Assembly: GCA_047495785.1 (NCBI GenBank)
Contig: JBLDXI010000032.1
Location: 620,001 to 684,000 of the forward strand
Direction of reading: 5' to 3'
Source: Lepidodermella squamata
Lineage: Eukaryota; Animalia; Gastrotricha
DNA: 64,000 nucleotides
Both the position numbers and the translations under genes were made by a program. The notes under the pieces are model-generated. The model searched no databases, was not told the DNA's origin, and was given only the letters and a program-made list of their open reading frames with translations. This document shows, piece by piece, positions 1 to 12,494 of this stretch; positions within the stretch are counted from its first letter, which is position 1, and each line of letters starts with the position of its first letter.

Positions 1-2936
1 CTCTATCACGGCGTAAGATAGTAAGTCTTTGTTGCTAGCATCTGTTTCGTTGGCAAGATTCACGCCACGTTTTGATAGTAGTTGGAAAACCTTCAAGTCT
101 CTTCTTTCATTAACTGCCAAAATTGATAAGGGATTGCCAGCTTCATTGCGCCAAGTTACGTTAGCTCCCCGATCGAGTAGGTAATCCAAAATTAGCGAAT
201 TTAAACAATGCGTTTTACCGGTGACAGCTTTTTCAAGATCGGAATCGCGGATTTGCTGAATCCCTTTTCCAACAAAGTATTTTACCGCATCCAAACGACC
301 AAGTAACAGCTGGTTTTCAAAGACATCTCGACTCGAAAAATCAGCCCCATTATCGATAAGAAATTTCAGAATATCAACATCATCGATTGGAAGGGTTCCG
401 AAATCTTCATTCACGCCAACACCGTTTTTCACAAGAAACTTTACCAATTCGTAATTATTGTTCCGGAAAGCTGTTAGAATTGGTGAAAACGTAGCATCGC
501 CTTGAATCGATACGCCATTGGATATCATTACTTTAGCGATTTCTATCCTTAAGATCTCTTCAGTGTGGCCTGAAGTTAGACGATCGAGGATTGTATTGTC
601 CAGTGCTTCGCCAATAGTTGATAGTCGGATTTGTTCAAACAATTTCCTGAATTCAGCGAGATTCCCAGTATGAGCTGCATCCCCAAGTCTCTGATGAGCA
701 TACTCTAGCTCTGTCTTGGTCAAAACCTAAAGTGAATATTGTCATGGCGTTTTGTTCATCAAATAGGTTGGCTTACCTTGACACATTTACCAGGAACCGG
801 TTGCCATTTCGAACATTTTAGTGGATCTTTAACACAAGTTGAAACGGAAGCTCCACTAGTCAACATTTGATCATCCGGGCAATGAATATGGATCGTAGCG
901 TTAAGTGGCAACTTTTCCAACTTCTTGACCGGCATGATGTAGCTGATCAAGCCATCAACATGGTCCAAGGAGCAACTTTCTTCTTGATAACAGTCTTTCG
1001 CTCTGGAAATTATAGAAGATATTCCATGCGGTATTCTAACATTAGGAAATGGCTCTTCAAAGGAATCGATGCCGAATTTCGAAATGAGAACTTCCACGTT
1101 TTTGGGGCAGTTGAATTTGATTGCTAAGGACAGAAGTGAATCGCCAGTCATATTACTAAGAGCCACTTCTTTTGCCGTATTGAAATCGAGAAAATCAAGT
1201 AATTGTTCGAAAATCGGCTCTTCGTGGCAAGAAACTGCATAATGCAAGGCAGTTTCATTTTTCTCATCTCGTTCCAAAAGCAGACCAGGCCATCTGTAGG
1301 CCAGATACCTTGCAATTTCCCATTTATAACCATCAATCGCTCGGTGTAGTGCGGTATAGTTAAATTTGTCTGGTCTTTCGAAGACAACTTTTAAAGTCCA
1401 AGCGGCAATTATTTGTTTTACAGCGATCAAATTGCCATTATCAATGGCGTAAAATAAAGGAGGTCGTCCGAGCTCATCGAGTACTGTCAAATTCATCTCA
1501 GCCATATCGCATAGTCGATCACCAAAAATATCCGTCAACTTGTCAATCGCATCGAAAATCTCGTGTCTAAATCGAGTTTTAACTTCAAGAGCCGAGATTT
1601 TAGCACCATTTGCAACCAAAACTTCAATCATTGTCGTCGGGTCTGCTGAAATCCCTAGTTCAGCCCAATGAAATGGGAGATTACCAGCGAAGTCAGGTTG
1701 ATTTTTGAGATTTGGATCCTTCTCAAGAATTATTTTCACAATTTTTGATTCTGTTTCCTGTTCGCTTTCGTAAAGCAGCATGTCTTCAAATTCCGGCCTC
1801 GATTGAATCATGCCGGCTCTAAAACCACTTTGATGAATAGCCATCGAATGCAAAACATTGCCACCCAAGCTATTACGAGAGGAAACATCCGCCCCTAATT
1901 CGATGAAAATGTTAACTGCTTCAGTATTCCGAGAAATTGCGGCTAAATGCAGGGCTGGGGCTGAAATGTGGGTCAATCCACCGAATAATCGGCATTTTGA
2001 CTCATTTAGCAGATCAACAGCTTTCGGAAATTCGAGAATTTTTCGTAAAATTGTTGAATTTCCAATGAGATAAGCGTTACAAAGTGGATTTTGCCCAAAA
2101 TGGTCGGTTGTTGTCAAATCGAAAAATTCTGGTAAATCCTCAATAAATTCCATCGAACCAGTTTTAACGACATAATGTCCCAAGCTGTCCGCATGTTCCC
2201 CGGGGCAGATGAATTTTTCCAAACCAGGATGATTATTTAATAGCCATTCTAGAACATCCCAATGTCCATTTTCCAGGGTGACCAAAGCTGGCGATTTCGA
2301 GAGATTGTCACACGTTTCCAGGGTTGCATTTCCGAGTGAAACCAGAGCTTCCAGTGTTTTTATTTGGTCTTCCTCCGAATTTTTGCTTTTCACAGCGAAC
2401 ATGACTGCAGTTTGAGGTGGATATTCAGGCTGCGTTTCGACCATTCTTCTCAGGTCATCGGGATGATTTTCGTCCATTTCTAAAATCAGTTCTCTCACGA
2501 CTTCGGAATGACAATTTCTTGCAGCAAGATGTAAAGGAGTTTCTTCGAAGGAATTTAATGGGTTCAGTTCGGTTTCATTGTAGGACAACAATTCACGAAG
2601 AGCTATCAAGTTTCCAAATTCAGCAGCAGAATGGAGCAGTGTTCTATTTCTCTCATTCCTTGCGTTTACAAGATCCGGATATTTCGAGATTAATTCGACA
2701 AAGTTATCATTGTCCTCGTTACGAATTGACCATTCAAGTTCGTGGATGAGTTGCTCGGGTGATGGCGATTTGCTTTCAGTAGTAGGTGGAATACAAGCTG
2801 GGATCGACTGGGTTGAATTGTCGTTCTCATCTTCATTCGGCTCGATGAGTAAATGGGTACCAGTATCCCCCACAGAAAAAGAGCATTTGACAAGGAGAAA
2901 AACTATCGAGCATGCCAAGATAAAGAAACCATGCAT
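1..2936 (-). CDS. Secreted ankyrin-repeat protein with an internal Sushi/CCP-like module; 3' end runs off the window
   Basis: The 725-aa ORF has a hydrophobic N-terminal signal peptide and many ankyrin motifs (TLLHSAA, TPLHLAA, TALHRAI, TALHYAV). A Cys/Trp module follows (C..IHC..C..KW.PVPGKC). A phase-0 intron at 776..727 (GTAAGC...TTTAG) leads to an open exon 726..1 with further ankyrin repeats (FSPILTAFRNNNYELVKFLVKNG, LLDRGANV). Confidence 0.85.
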
Positions 2937-3352
2937 GGTCTATAATAATATGCCCTCCCAAAAATCACAGATAATAAAGGCTAATGCAGCCCATGAGGTA
3001 ATTTGATAAACTAAAAAACGCTTAGTAACCTGATTCTATTCTCATTAAGCGAATTAATTGTATCGCGTTGCATGAAATTCATTCCCAATCCAATGGTAGT
3101 AAATAACACTTCACCTAGGTCGTTTTTAGTTATTTACCTAATGCTCGGTGAATGCTGTATATTGCGCTTCGCACTCATTATGGAAATGTACTTCCGAGCC
3201 AGACAGGGATAAATAGGATCTAATCGCTCAAAAATTTCTTTTTTTAAGAAGTCATGCACTATCATGAAAACAATTGACAATCACAAATCACAACAGATTC
3301 CTTATTAGCATAACATTACAAGATTTGGTTATAAGAGCATGAAGGTCCCCTT

Positions 3353-6172
3353 TTAGATTTCAGCAGCAAGTGGGTAGAGCCAAGATGCAGATGTTGTAGC
3401 TGAAGTAATCAGAAGAGCAAAAGCTATGGTGATCTCCTGCGCCACGATCTCACCAACAGCGGCCACGATGAGAACTCCACCAACGAAAATCAACGCAAAA
3501 TTAGCCAAGCCAAGAGACATGGGCTTTATCTCAGGAACAGTGGCCTTTCTTGTGAATTTCAACCTCAGAGTGAAGATGCATCCAACCACCAGAATAGCAG
3601 CATTGAGAGCTAGAAAAGATGCTAGCCAGTTCAAGTGATTAGCGCCAGAATCGCATAGCCAATAAGAAGTTTCAATTACTAAATCCTCCTCTTCAACATA
3701 TTCCGGCGCTTTGGTAGTGTAGGCGCACCTCAAAGGGGCACCGAGTAACCAAAATCCAACGAGTGCTGCGCTAACCAGTGTGAAAATCAGCACCCACGCA
3801 ATGCTCAATTCCTCTGCTGCTTTGTAATCGAATTGATTAACATTTGGAACCGCCGTCTTGGACGATGGGCGCAACCTTCCATACTCATCGAAATATGTCT
3901 TGAAATCCATCATTGCCGTCCCTTGCTCAGGCACGAGGCTACCTGATAGTTTAGAAGAAATTCTCGCTTTTCTTCTAGATTTTAGCGATAAGAAGATTGG
4001 ACGTAGGTTTAGAGTGCCATTCACAAGACCAAAGCTCAGGACTGTCAATACTATTCTCAATTTCCACAGAACCAGTGGCGATATTGAAGTTTGTAGTGAA
4101 AACACGATTGAAGCAGCATTCATAAGCAAAGCTCCTATCATTCCAATAAACTTCAGCTTGTAAAATCCCTGGTCCAACTTCCCTCTTTTGAGAATCTTAT
4201 AGATTCCTCCAATCTGAACGAGGCTCACTATAGCATTTATAGGCCCAGTGAAGTATATGATCTCCTCAGGAATTTCTTCGATTCCTTTTTTATAATTTGC
4301 CCTATCTTTCGGTGGCTCGCCATTCTGTGTTTGCCATGAAGGATCGCGATATTTCTTCATCCAATAGCTCGAAAGGGAGTACGCCGAAGTATTAGGGTAC
4401 TGATGGACTGTATATAAGATCTGGTAACCCGATGAGGGGGTCCACTGGCTTACCATCAAAATGTCCCCATCAACCTCGCCCCTTTCATTATACGTTAGCC
4501 TACCCATTCTCAGCCCTAAATAATCCATTGAGATGGCTGTTTTGTTCACGACTCGCATCACGCGTTCAGGTTGGTCTCGCATTTTGCGTAGTGATAGATT
4601 CTGTGTTTTCAGTGCTTTCTCGGACTCGTGGAGTGTCAGGACAGCCTGAAGTATGGCATCGTGACAGGTAACGCGTTGTTCATAGTCGTAGGGTCGCGTG
4701 TAATTCGAGGATCGATCAAACAATGCGTCGAATTCCAGCAGATTGTATCCTAATGCAATTTTCACCCTAGGCTCCATTGTGGCCTGGATCGGCGCTGCCC
4801 AGAAGGCGTGCTAAAATTAATTCAAGTTGAAATACATCGAAAAGGAAGGAAAGTGTGCGTGCATTTGTCAATGCGTGGTTAATGCATTTCAAGGGAGATG
4901 GTAGGTTGGATGCGGTTCGTTTTAATGGAGCATGCTTCCTTCATGATTTCCGAAGGATAGAGTGGTAGAGGGAGGATGCAGAGGAAGTGCGTTAGATCTT
5001 CAAATATACTTACCATTTGACAGTATTTTCAAGGGGCTAATCCTCTCTGAATCAAGTTTCAAGTTTCTCTGAAACAACAATTCATCCTGGTTCAGACGTC
5101 AAATGCCCCTAAGGGTGGCAACTTGAATGGTGCTTTGTAGTGATTTGGTGAACAGTTTGGCAGCCCGGAGGCTTGCAAGGATCCTCTTTTGAGAGTCTAA
5201 TGCAGGATTGGTAATGCGTTAAGTTTGTTGAGAGAACCCGGATGATAGAGGGTAAGCCTCCTTAAGTAAGGCTTCTCCGGGTTTGAAAAAGGGAGAAACG
5301 CTAGCTCAATTTACCTTCATTTGCTCAATGATCACAGCTCGACGGCATTGCGGCACCACAGGGTCCGGCAGAGTAGCTGGGTCGCTGAAAACTATGCCAA
5401 GCAGATGAAACGCATATCTCGGCCCAGTCATGCCGAATTTGTGAGCTTGACACAGAAACCTCCAAATCAGCCGTCTGTTAGACGTAGTAACAACAAAAGC
5501 TCTAACATCAGTCTTCTTCATCGCCACGAAATACTCATCATCCATATCAGCCACGATATCGAAATATGGCACGGAAATATTGCCTTGATCAAGCGCGTTG
5601 CGTTGTAGAATTGCGGCGGATGTGTAATCAGAGAAACTGCCAACATTCGTTATGATACCAATTCGCTGCCATTTGCCAACATCTTTGATGAATCTTAATT
5701 GGGCGAAGGTGATAATGCCACCTGTCGATCGCATCAAATACAAATTCCGGTAGATGCTGCGGTCTGTTAAAAACGAAGCCGCGCAGGTTCCTGTTATGCC
5801 CATGGAGTTGATTTCATGTAAAGCCGGACCTAGCGCCTTACATCCATTGGAAAAACTCGGCCCCACAATCACAGGAGATTGGAATGTGTTGGGCTCGCGA
5901 TGATTTTCGAAACTTTGACTGTAGCTGACGGCAATTTTGACAGCAAGATCCCCACCAGCTTCGTCCTCAAGTTGACTAATGATGTGATAGTCGGGTAGAA
6001 TGTCTGATTGATTGTTTACGGCATTCACAGCTATTTCAGAGGCGATTTTACAGGCTAGCCCCGTTGATGGTGGATTGCCTGTGAATGACATCAGCCCCAG
6101 AAGAGATAGGTTGTACGCCTTCCTACTAGCAACATTAGGCACAACTAGCCCAATCAGTAGGATGAGTCGCAT
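3353..6172 (-). CDS. Class C GPCR, GABA-B-receptor-like (Venus flytrap + 7TM), divergent
   Basis: Exon 1 (6172 or 6235..5315) has a signal peptide and VFT motifs (AVNAVNNQSDILPDY, IVGPSFS, FGMTGPRYAF). A phase-0 intron 5314..4811 follows. Exon 2 (4810..3353) joins in frame (QMK|HAFWAAPIQATMEP) and encodes seven hydrophobic helices. There is no Cys-rich linker, as in the GABA-B type. Confidence 0.8.
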
Positions 6173-7489
6173 GACAACTTTGGTGGATGAGATGTTGTGA
6201 AATAAGCCAACTGTTAAGTTTTTTAGCTCTCTCATGACAAAAAACAGCGGAAATAGACCTGGCAGAGATTTCAGATTCCTGTCTTGTGAAATCTATAAAT
6301 GATGTGGAAAGCGACCTTATCGTCTCGTTCTCTCCGTAGGGAGGGGCGAAACGTGAAACTCTGTCATTCCAGTTGTATCGATCAAGAGTAAACGCTGCAA
6401 GTACGGTGTTTCCGAGAAATTTAGACTACGGTTTTGTGCACATCATTTCGTCAGTTCGTGGAATTTTGTCAGGAGGCTACATTCATTTGGAAGAGGGAAC
6501 TCGACTACATGAAATAAAAGCCAATACCGTCATCCCTCTATCAGTGTTGGAGATTAAATTGAAATCAAAATAAAAATAAAATCTCGTTCCCTCTAAGAGA
6601 ATCATATCCTGATCCCAAAATCAAAACCTGAAATCATGGAATTTTGCTACATCGAATGCAGCTTTCCGTGAAGACATTTCGTCCACCTGTATGACGCAGT
6701 CTGTTGCATTTTGCGGGTCTGTATTCCAAAACTGTAAGTGTGTGAATTTATAAGAAATATAACAATTTATCAAGCAATACCACAGTTACACCGTTACACC
6801 GCTGTCCGGCACTGGACGTTGTCGCCAAACAACTTATTTAAAATCGAAAAGGTAGCTCGGCCGCATAGAGCCATTGCCACGAAAAACTCTTTGAAATTAA
6901 TTAAGGGGTGTATTTTGATTTTATTCGGCTTCACTATTTGCTGAGAGTGCGCACTCAGATCACTCTGCGTTCTCTATGATTCGCCAGCTTTTATTTTAAT
7001 TCAATCGTCACTTGTCACCCCTCTGGAATCTATCTCAGTTCAAAATTTAGCCGGGGCTCTTCCAAAGCAGCTGGGAACCAGATGCGACTCACAAGCAAGC
7101 TAACATAATCCTAAGTTATTGGAATCCAAGCTGAGTAAATGATAGCTGAGCACGCTATTTTCAAATTTTGCTACAGGTTAAGTTAAGCAATAAAGCGACA
7201 TTTTGGGACGACGAAACGACACAATGAAAGTGGAAACAGCTTGTTAGTTGTGCAGAAAAAACAGCGATATATATACTCGATACTCGACATGGTAGACGCT
7301 AGATCGGATAAATGGTAGAAGGGCCGCATTCACTTGCTTGAGTTCGCTAGGAGAAATGTTCAATTCCAATTGTCCTCTGTTGCATCTTGAATTCCCAGCT
7401 ATCAGAGAATTAAAAATTGAACTTGTAAGGAGTGTTGTGCCTTTGAAAGCCAATAAAGGTCCCCATGCTTTTTTATAAATCATGCGACC

Positions 7490-7786
7490 ATATTTTACTA
7501 TCAGAATGACGGAACCAAATTTGACTGTAGCGGAACCAAATCAGCATTTTGCGGAACCTGATTTTAGGTAAGCAAAAAGCCGCTTTTTGAATATTTCTAC
7601 GAAATTGAGGCAATGCATGAATTCTAAAGTGAAGAATGCGTCTTTTACAAAATTTTACGCTGAATAAAATTATGCTGATAAATCATGACAAGATTGAAAG
7701 CTTCAGAAAGTGGCTTTAGGCCCATTGAAAATCCCAAAATTTGGTTCCGCTAACAGGCATTTTTGGTTCCGCTAAAAGTAAGACCC
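7490..7786. mobile_element. Degenerate MITE
   Basis: Three (G/A)CGGAACC motifs lie at the left end and two inverted TTGGTTCCGC copies at the right end, with an AT-rich interior. Confidence 0.45.
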
Positions 7787-7862
7787 TTTTACTATTAGAA
7801 CATCGATTCTCTCAAACAAAACGCATTGGATAACAAATCCTCGAGTTGTCACACGTCACACG

Positions 7863-8322
7863 ATGTACAATGTGAATACGGTCCTCATTCTCACCATTGC
7901 CGTGGTAAGTTAACACGCCTGCATTGGATCTGTCTCCATGATAACCGTTCCTTCAACAACAGACTTTCGGTGCTGTATTGATTGCGGCGGAAGAGCAGTC
8001 CCTCGATACGGCATCCGAGGTCAAATATGAAGAAGTTCTTATCGACAAACTGGAGCAAGTCAGCCCCGATGTTGATAAGGATGTTGATGGTCGCGTGGCT
8101 GTAAATGAGAAAGTAGCCCGTGATGACGTGAAAGCGCCTAAGGCCAACACGAACGACAAACCCAGCAAGAACGACAAGACCAGCAAGAAAGGCAAGATCA
8201 GCAAGAATGACAAGAACACCGGGCCTGGGAAGTCGGAAAGAAACAGCAAGCATAGTCGACCAGAGCGTACCAGGGGCCAGAAAAACAAGAATAAAGTGCT
8301 ACCGTTGGAAGCAACAAATTGA
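7863..8322 (+). CDS. Small secreted protein (133 aa): signal peptide, acidic N-half, Lys/Arg-rich C-half
   Basis: Exon 1 7863..7904 (MYNVNTVLILTIAV), intron 7905..7962 (GTAAGT...ACAG) and exon 2 7963..8322 (TFGAVLIAAEEQ...) splice in frame and complete a signal peptide. Confidence 0.75.
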
Positions 8323-8684
8323 ATCAGTCCGCTGAGTTCAGCAGTCGAAACTTGAGCTGAGAAGCATTTTCTTTTGGAGTCGTCGACCTTAATCACTTTT
8401 AAATGTGGTGCGGCTTGTTATGGTGTGGTGCAATCTAGTATTATTTCGCGGTTATGATATGTAATGGCATTCAGGTATCATTTTTCGAAAATACAACTAA
8501 GACAGCGACAACTTAGACAGCTGATCGCTAAGGTTTCTAAGTTCTTTTTTCAGGCAATCATTGCTTTGCATACATTGTTGGCTCCTGGGCTCCAGATTAG
8601 TTTATTGCTATAACACTCGCCGTGCAGAATAGTCAGTTTTTGCGATCAGATCAGTTCGCAGGGCTCATGCTTGAGCTCATCAGG

Positions 8685-9454
8685 TTCAGTCGGGAGGTTT
8701 CATGTCTATTCTGGGCCTGAAAGAAAAATCTGAAAAGGCCCATTTCAGGCCTACATTTTGCAGATATTTAGGCCTAAATTGAGAGCTGTTCTGGGCCTAT
8801 TCCAGGCATGAATTCGTAAAATGCACGCCCTTCGGCCCACCCTGCATCGATTTACACTTGAATAATTCACCTGCTTTATGAAGCTTTTATAAAGCATTTA
8901 ACTTTATTTTTTATTTCCAATCGATTAGCAATATCAATCGATTAGCCTCAAATCAGCTTAAATATAAATTATCGTCTTTGATCAGGTCGAAATAGAAAAA
9001 TCGGTAAAAAAAAACGGAATGTTGGTATGTTGTTACTTGAGTGAATTTTATGCCGTCATCAATGCTCCACTCGATTCAGCCGCGTTTTCGTCGTTGAGAG
9101 TTTCGCGAAGAGGAACATTCCGCCATAGGTGAAAATGGTGAATAGGTGAAATTACCTTCTTAGCTCAGAATTGGGACATGTAATTAACTTTGTAAATAAT
9201 CGCATGTATGCATAAACAGCTCCAACAGTGAAAATCTGCGATTCACGCACCATTGAATCAATTTGACGCTTGAAATTAGCGTTATATTTTGTTTGGGGTT
9301 CGCAAAAAACTCTCATAAATTCTTTAAAGTCTCAGGAGTCTCAAGACCTCTTCCAGGACAGGCAAAATTCTTGAAAATCTGCGCTGAAATTGCAGGCCTC
9401 TTTTGAGCTTCCAGGTCTGAAAACCCAGGATAGGCCTGGGCGCTCCCGTCTGGG
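8685..9454. mobile_element. Old non-autonomous CACTA/EnSpm-like (CCCAG-ended) element
   Basis: The right end reads CCCAGACGGGAGCGCCCAGGCCTATCCTGGG on the minus strand. The left end, TTCAGTCGGGAGGTTTCATGTCTATTCTGGG, is a decayed match. Subterminal AGGCC(T) motifs occur at both ends. Confidence 0.5.
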
Positions 9455-9462
9455 TTCCCTAG

Positions 9463-10330
9463 CTGTGAATGCCATCAGCCGCAGAAGCGATAGGTTGTAC
9501 GTCTTCCTACTAGCAAAATTGTTTACGACTAGCCCGACCAGTAGGATGAGTGGAACTGGATGAGGATGAGTGGAACCAACTTTGGTGGATGGATCACTCT
9601 CATTTTTAGGACGGGTTTGATGAGGCCTAAGGCGCCTTAGAGCCGCTCCAAGGCGCCTTTAAGGCGTCTTCAAGTCGCCTTGCATCATGATTCATCACAC
9701 TAAGGCGTCTTAGAGGGCTGTGATTCACAGCCTAGGCTGATTAATGACAAAAAACTCGGTCAGCCGGGGACTTTGACAAAAAATCAAAAATTTTAAGGCG
9801 CCTTGCCAAGACGTCTTCGTCATGGACGCCTTACCCAGGCGTCTTTAAAAGATGACTTACCAAGGCGTCTTACGAAAATACAGGGCGCCTTAGGCTAAGG
9901 CGCCTTTATGCGGTTTTTTTGCATTACGCTAACCCGTCTTTTCTGTGAGAGAGATGTTGTGAACCAATTGTGTTTTAGCTCTCTCATAACAAAAAACAGC
10001 GGAAATAGACCTGGCAGAGATGTCAGATTCCTGTCTTGTGAAATCTATAAATGATGTGGAAAGCGACCTTATCGTCTCGTTCTCTCCGTAAGGAGGGGCG
10101 AAACGTGAAACTCTGTCATTCCAGTTGTATCGATCAAGAGTAAACGCTGCAAGTACGGTGTTTCCGAGAAATTTGGCTCGGGAGGCTACATTCATTTGGA
10201 AGAGGAAACTCGACTACATACCGTCATCCCTCGATCAGTGTTGGGGATTTTATTAAAATCAAAATCGAATTCAAATTTCGTTCCCTCTCATAGAATCGCA
10301 TCCTGATCCCAAAATCGAAAACCTGAAATC
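9463..10330 (-). pseudogene. Duplicated promoter and 5' fragment of the class C GPCR gene (copy of ~6079..6635)
   Basis: It matches 6079..6635 closely (e.g. CAAAAAACAGCGGAAATAGACCTGGCAGAGA...) with deletions. The coding part is truncated and split by a MITE. Confidence 0.85.
9595..9953. mobile_element. CMC/CACTA-type MITE
   Basis: It is absent from the source copy at ~6190. The ends are CACTCTCA...TGAGAGAG with further TIR similarity (GACGGGTT/AACCCGTC). There is a 2-bp AT duplication and many AAGGCG(C/T)CTT palindromes inside. Confidence 0.7.
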
Positions 10331-10402
10331 TACAAATCTACAAAATTATGGATGGAAAATAGATTCGAAAATGCAAATATGGCTGACCAGGTCATGGTGT
10401 CT

Positions 10403-11629
10403 TCAAGAAAACGGAGCTATGTCGCGATTTTTCCTGCAAGTAATAGCCCTCCAATACCGCTTGAAGTCGTTCGTGAATCCAGGCCTCAAACACTGAATAA
10501 CAGGCGCCACTGCCGTCTCGAGGGTATACGTCAGCAGACACAGCTTATGCAGGGCCGATGACAGGTGATCCGGTCCAGCACTGTCCCACAGCACGACAAG
10601 CAACAGCGACGCAAAAATGGGGAAATGAAATAGGGAAAATGCGAAAAACGACAGTAAAGATTGTTTCATGTAGAAAACTTCACGCTTTTGCCAATTAGAC
10701 AACAGGCTATTTGAAGCAGCTGGTAACGATTGCTGACTGCTGGAAATCGAGCCGGTATCATTCCTTGTTCTTGACTTGCTGAACGATCGAAGCTTACTAA
10801 AAATCATCCTAAAACAAAATTTCAAATTAAATTTTAAAACTTATTAAAATTTAAAAATTAATTTAAAAATGCTGGTATGATTAAAAATTAGATTTGGAAT
10901 TACTGAAATTTCTCACCAGTAGTTTCGGGCGATCAAAGTGTTTGGTATCAAGACAGCTAAAACCGTGAAATAGACTGTTGAAAGAAGGGACGTGTCGATA
11001 TGAGGACCAAGGCTGTAGTCAAACATTCCGCAGTACAAGGCCTCTGAACCGTTATTCAGGCCAGGAACGGCCGCATACTCAGCAGCCAGTGCATTGAAGG
11101 GATAGACTGTTAGCGTTCCAAAGGTAACAACGCCTAGAACTAGGGAAGCAAGCGCTAATAACAGGACCTTTTTCGTATTAGCCGGCGAGTTTGGGCTGTT
11201 GGAAAGCAGGCATAGCCTACGTTCGTAGCTGATAAGCATAAAAATCCAGGTACCCTGGCAGCCCGAACTGGCTGAAATAGTGAAGATGAAGCCGCATAGC
11301 CAGGCCGGAGCGTTCCAATAGCCCGTCGTAACCGGTATCCAAATCGCGATAGTTTGGGCCAATGTGTGGATGATCGAGACAATAGCGCTGAGTAAGGTGA
11401 GTACAAAGAAGTCTTTGCGAACTTGCCGTTTGCGATAAACCGCGAGGTTGATGGCATTTGTTGCAATGACGAGGATTGTGACGATGAGATAGGCCATCGG
11501 GAATGGCAGTCGTTCGACGACCGTCCTCGCTTGAAGGTCGTGAAACCAACCGACAAAGTAAGGACGAGGTGAGTCATAGCCACGTTTTGGGCTGGAGATC
11601 ATCACCCAGGATTCGTCAATAAAACTCAT
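10403..11629 (-). CDS. Divergent rhodopsin-family (class A) GPCR, paralogue 1
   Basis: Exons 11629..10917 and 10808..10403 are separated by a phase-2 intron in the NYW codon. The protein has seven hydrophobic segments, a TM3 Cys plus SYERR, an ECL2 Cys, FHFP in TM6 and APVIQCLRPGF in TM7/H8. Confidence 0.85.
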
Positions 11630-12494
11630 ATTTTTTTTAAGAAATATAACCTAATAAGAAGACAATGTAAAGCTTATATGCCTCAAATTTAGCGCTGAAA
11701 CCGGAAATTCAAGGCACATGGCTTTATTAAAACTCAAAGGTCATCCCGAACACGGTCGTGATGTTGAAAAATTGCGCTCCGTTCGAACGCGTGTATGTGA
11801 GTTTTGATTTCATACTTACCTGTCGAGCCGGAAGTCGGTTCGTGTGAAGTGTGAACTAGATGGATACAACTAAAATGGACCTCTTAAAGCTTTTCATAAC
11901 ATCATTGATGCGCACTCCAAACTACTTCAAAGTCATGACAAAGCTCATCAGGACTATTTGAAACATCTGACATGCAAATTTTAGACAAACCTAGAGGAGG
12001 AAATCATCATCAGGAGGAAAGCGAGCCCTGCGCACATTCAACGCTCTCGACGTGTACGGTTTTATCGAACACTATAGGGTGGGGACATTTTGCACAAAAA
12101 CCATGCGTTTTTAGGATTAATCAGTCCAATTTCTTGTTTCAGAAATCGATGATGATTTTTGTAACATTTAGTGACTTGTTTACCTGTTTTTTGGCGATAG
12201 AAAACATTTACGAATAAAGTTGGATAATTACTATCGGGCAATTTTGGGCGCTAATTTGCACATGAAATTTTGAGTTTCCTTGCTTGAAATATTTCTTAAA
12301 AATCGAACACAACTTTAATCACCCTGGGCCTCGTCCGCTCTTCGAAAGCTGAAAAGACGGGAAATTTTTTACAGGGAATTTTTATAGAACAATCCTGTGT
12401 TTTATCGTTCGGCATTGCAAAGCTATTCTTCTTCAATATTTTCAAAATGTTTCTGAGCTACGGTAGGGCATCTCGAGAACATCAGTGGTTTATA

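Noticed and set aside
8540-8680. Possible further remnant of the class C GPCR pseudogene (LIWSPGANNVCKAM, similar to IVGPSFSNGCKAL)
   Set aside because: The similarity is too short and interrupted to support by eye.
11812-11822. ATACTTACCTG, identical to the 5' end of U1 snRNA
   Set aside because: No U1 stem-loops or Sm site follow. It is better explained as a consensus CAG|GTAAGTAT donor of a 5' UTR intron of the minus-strand GPCR.
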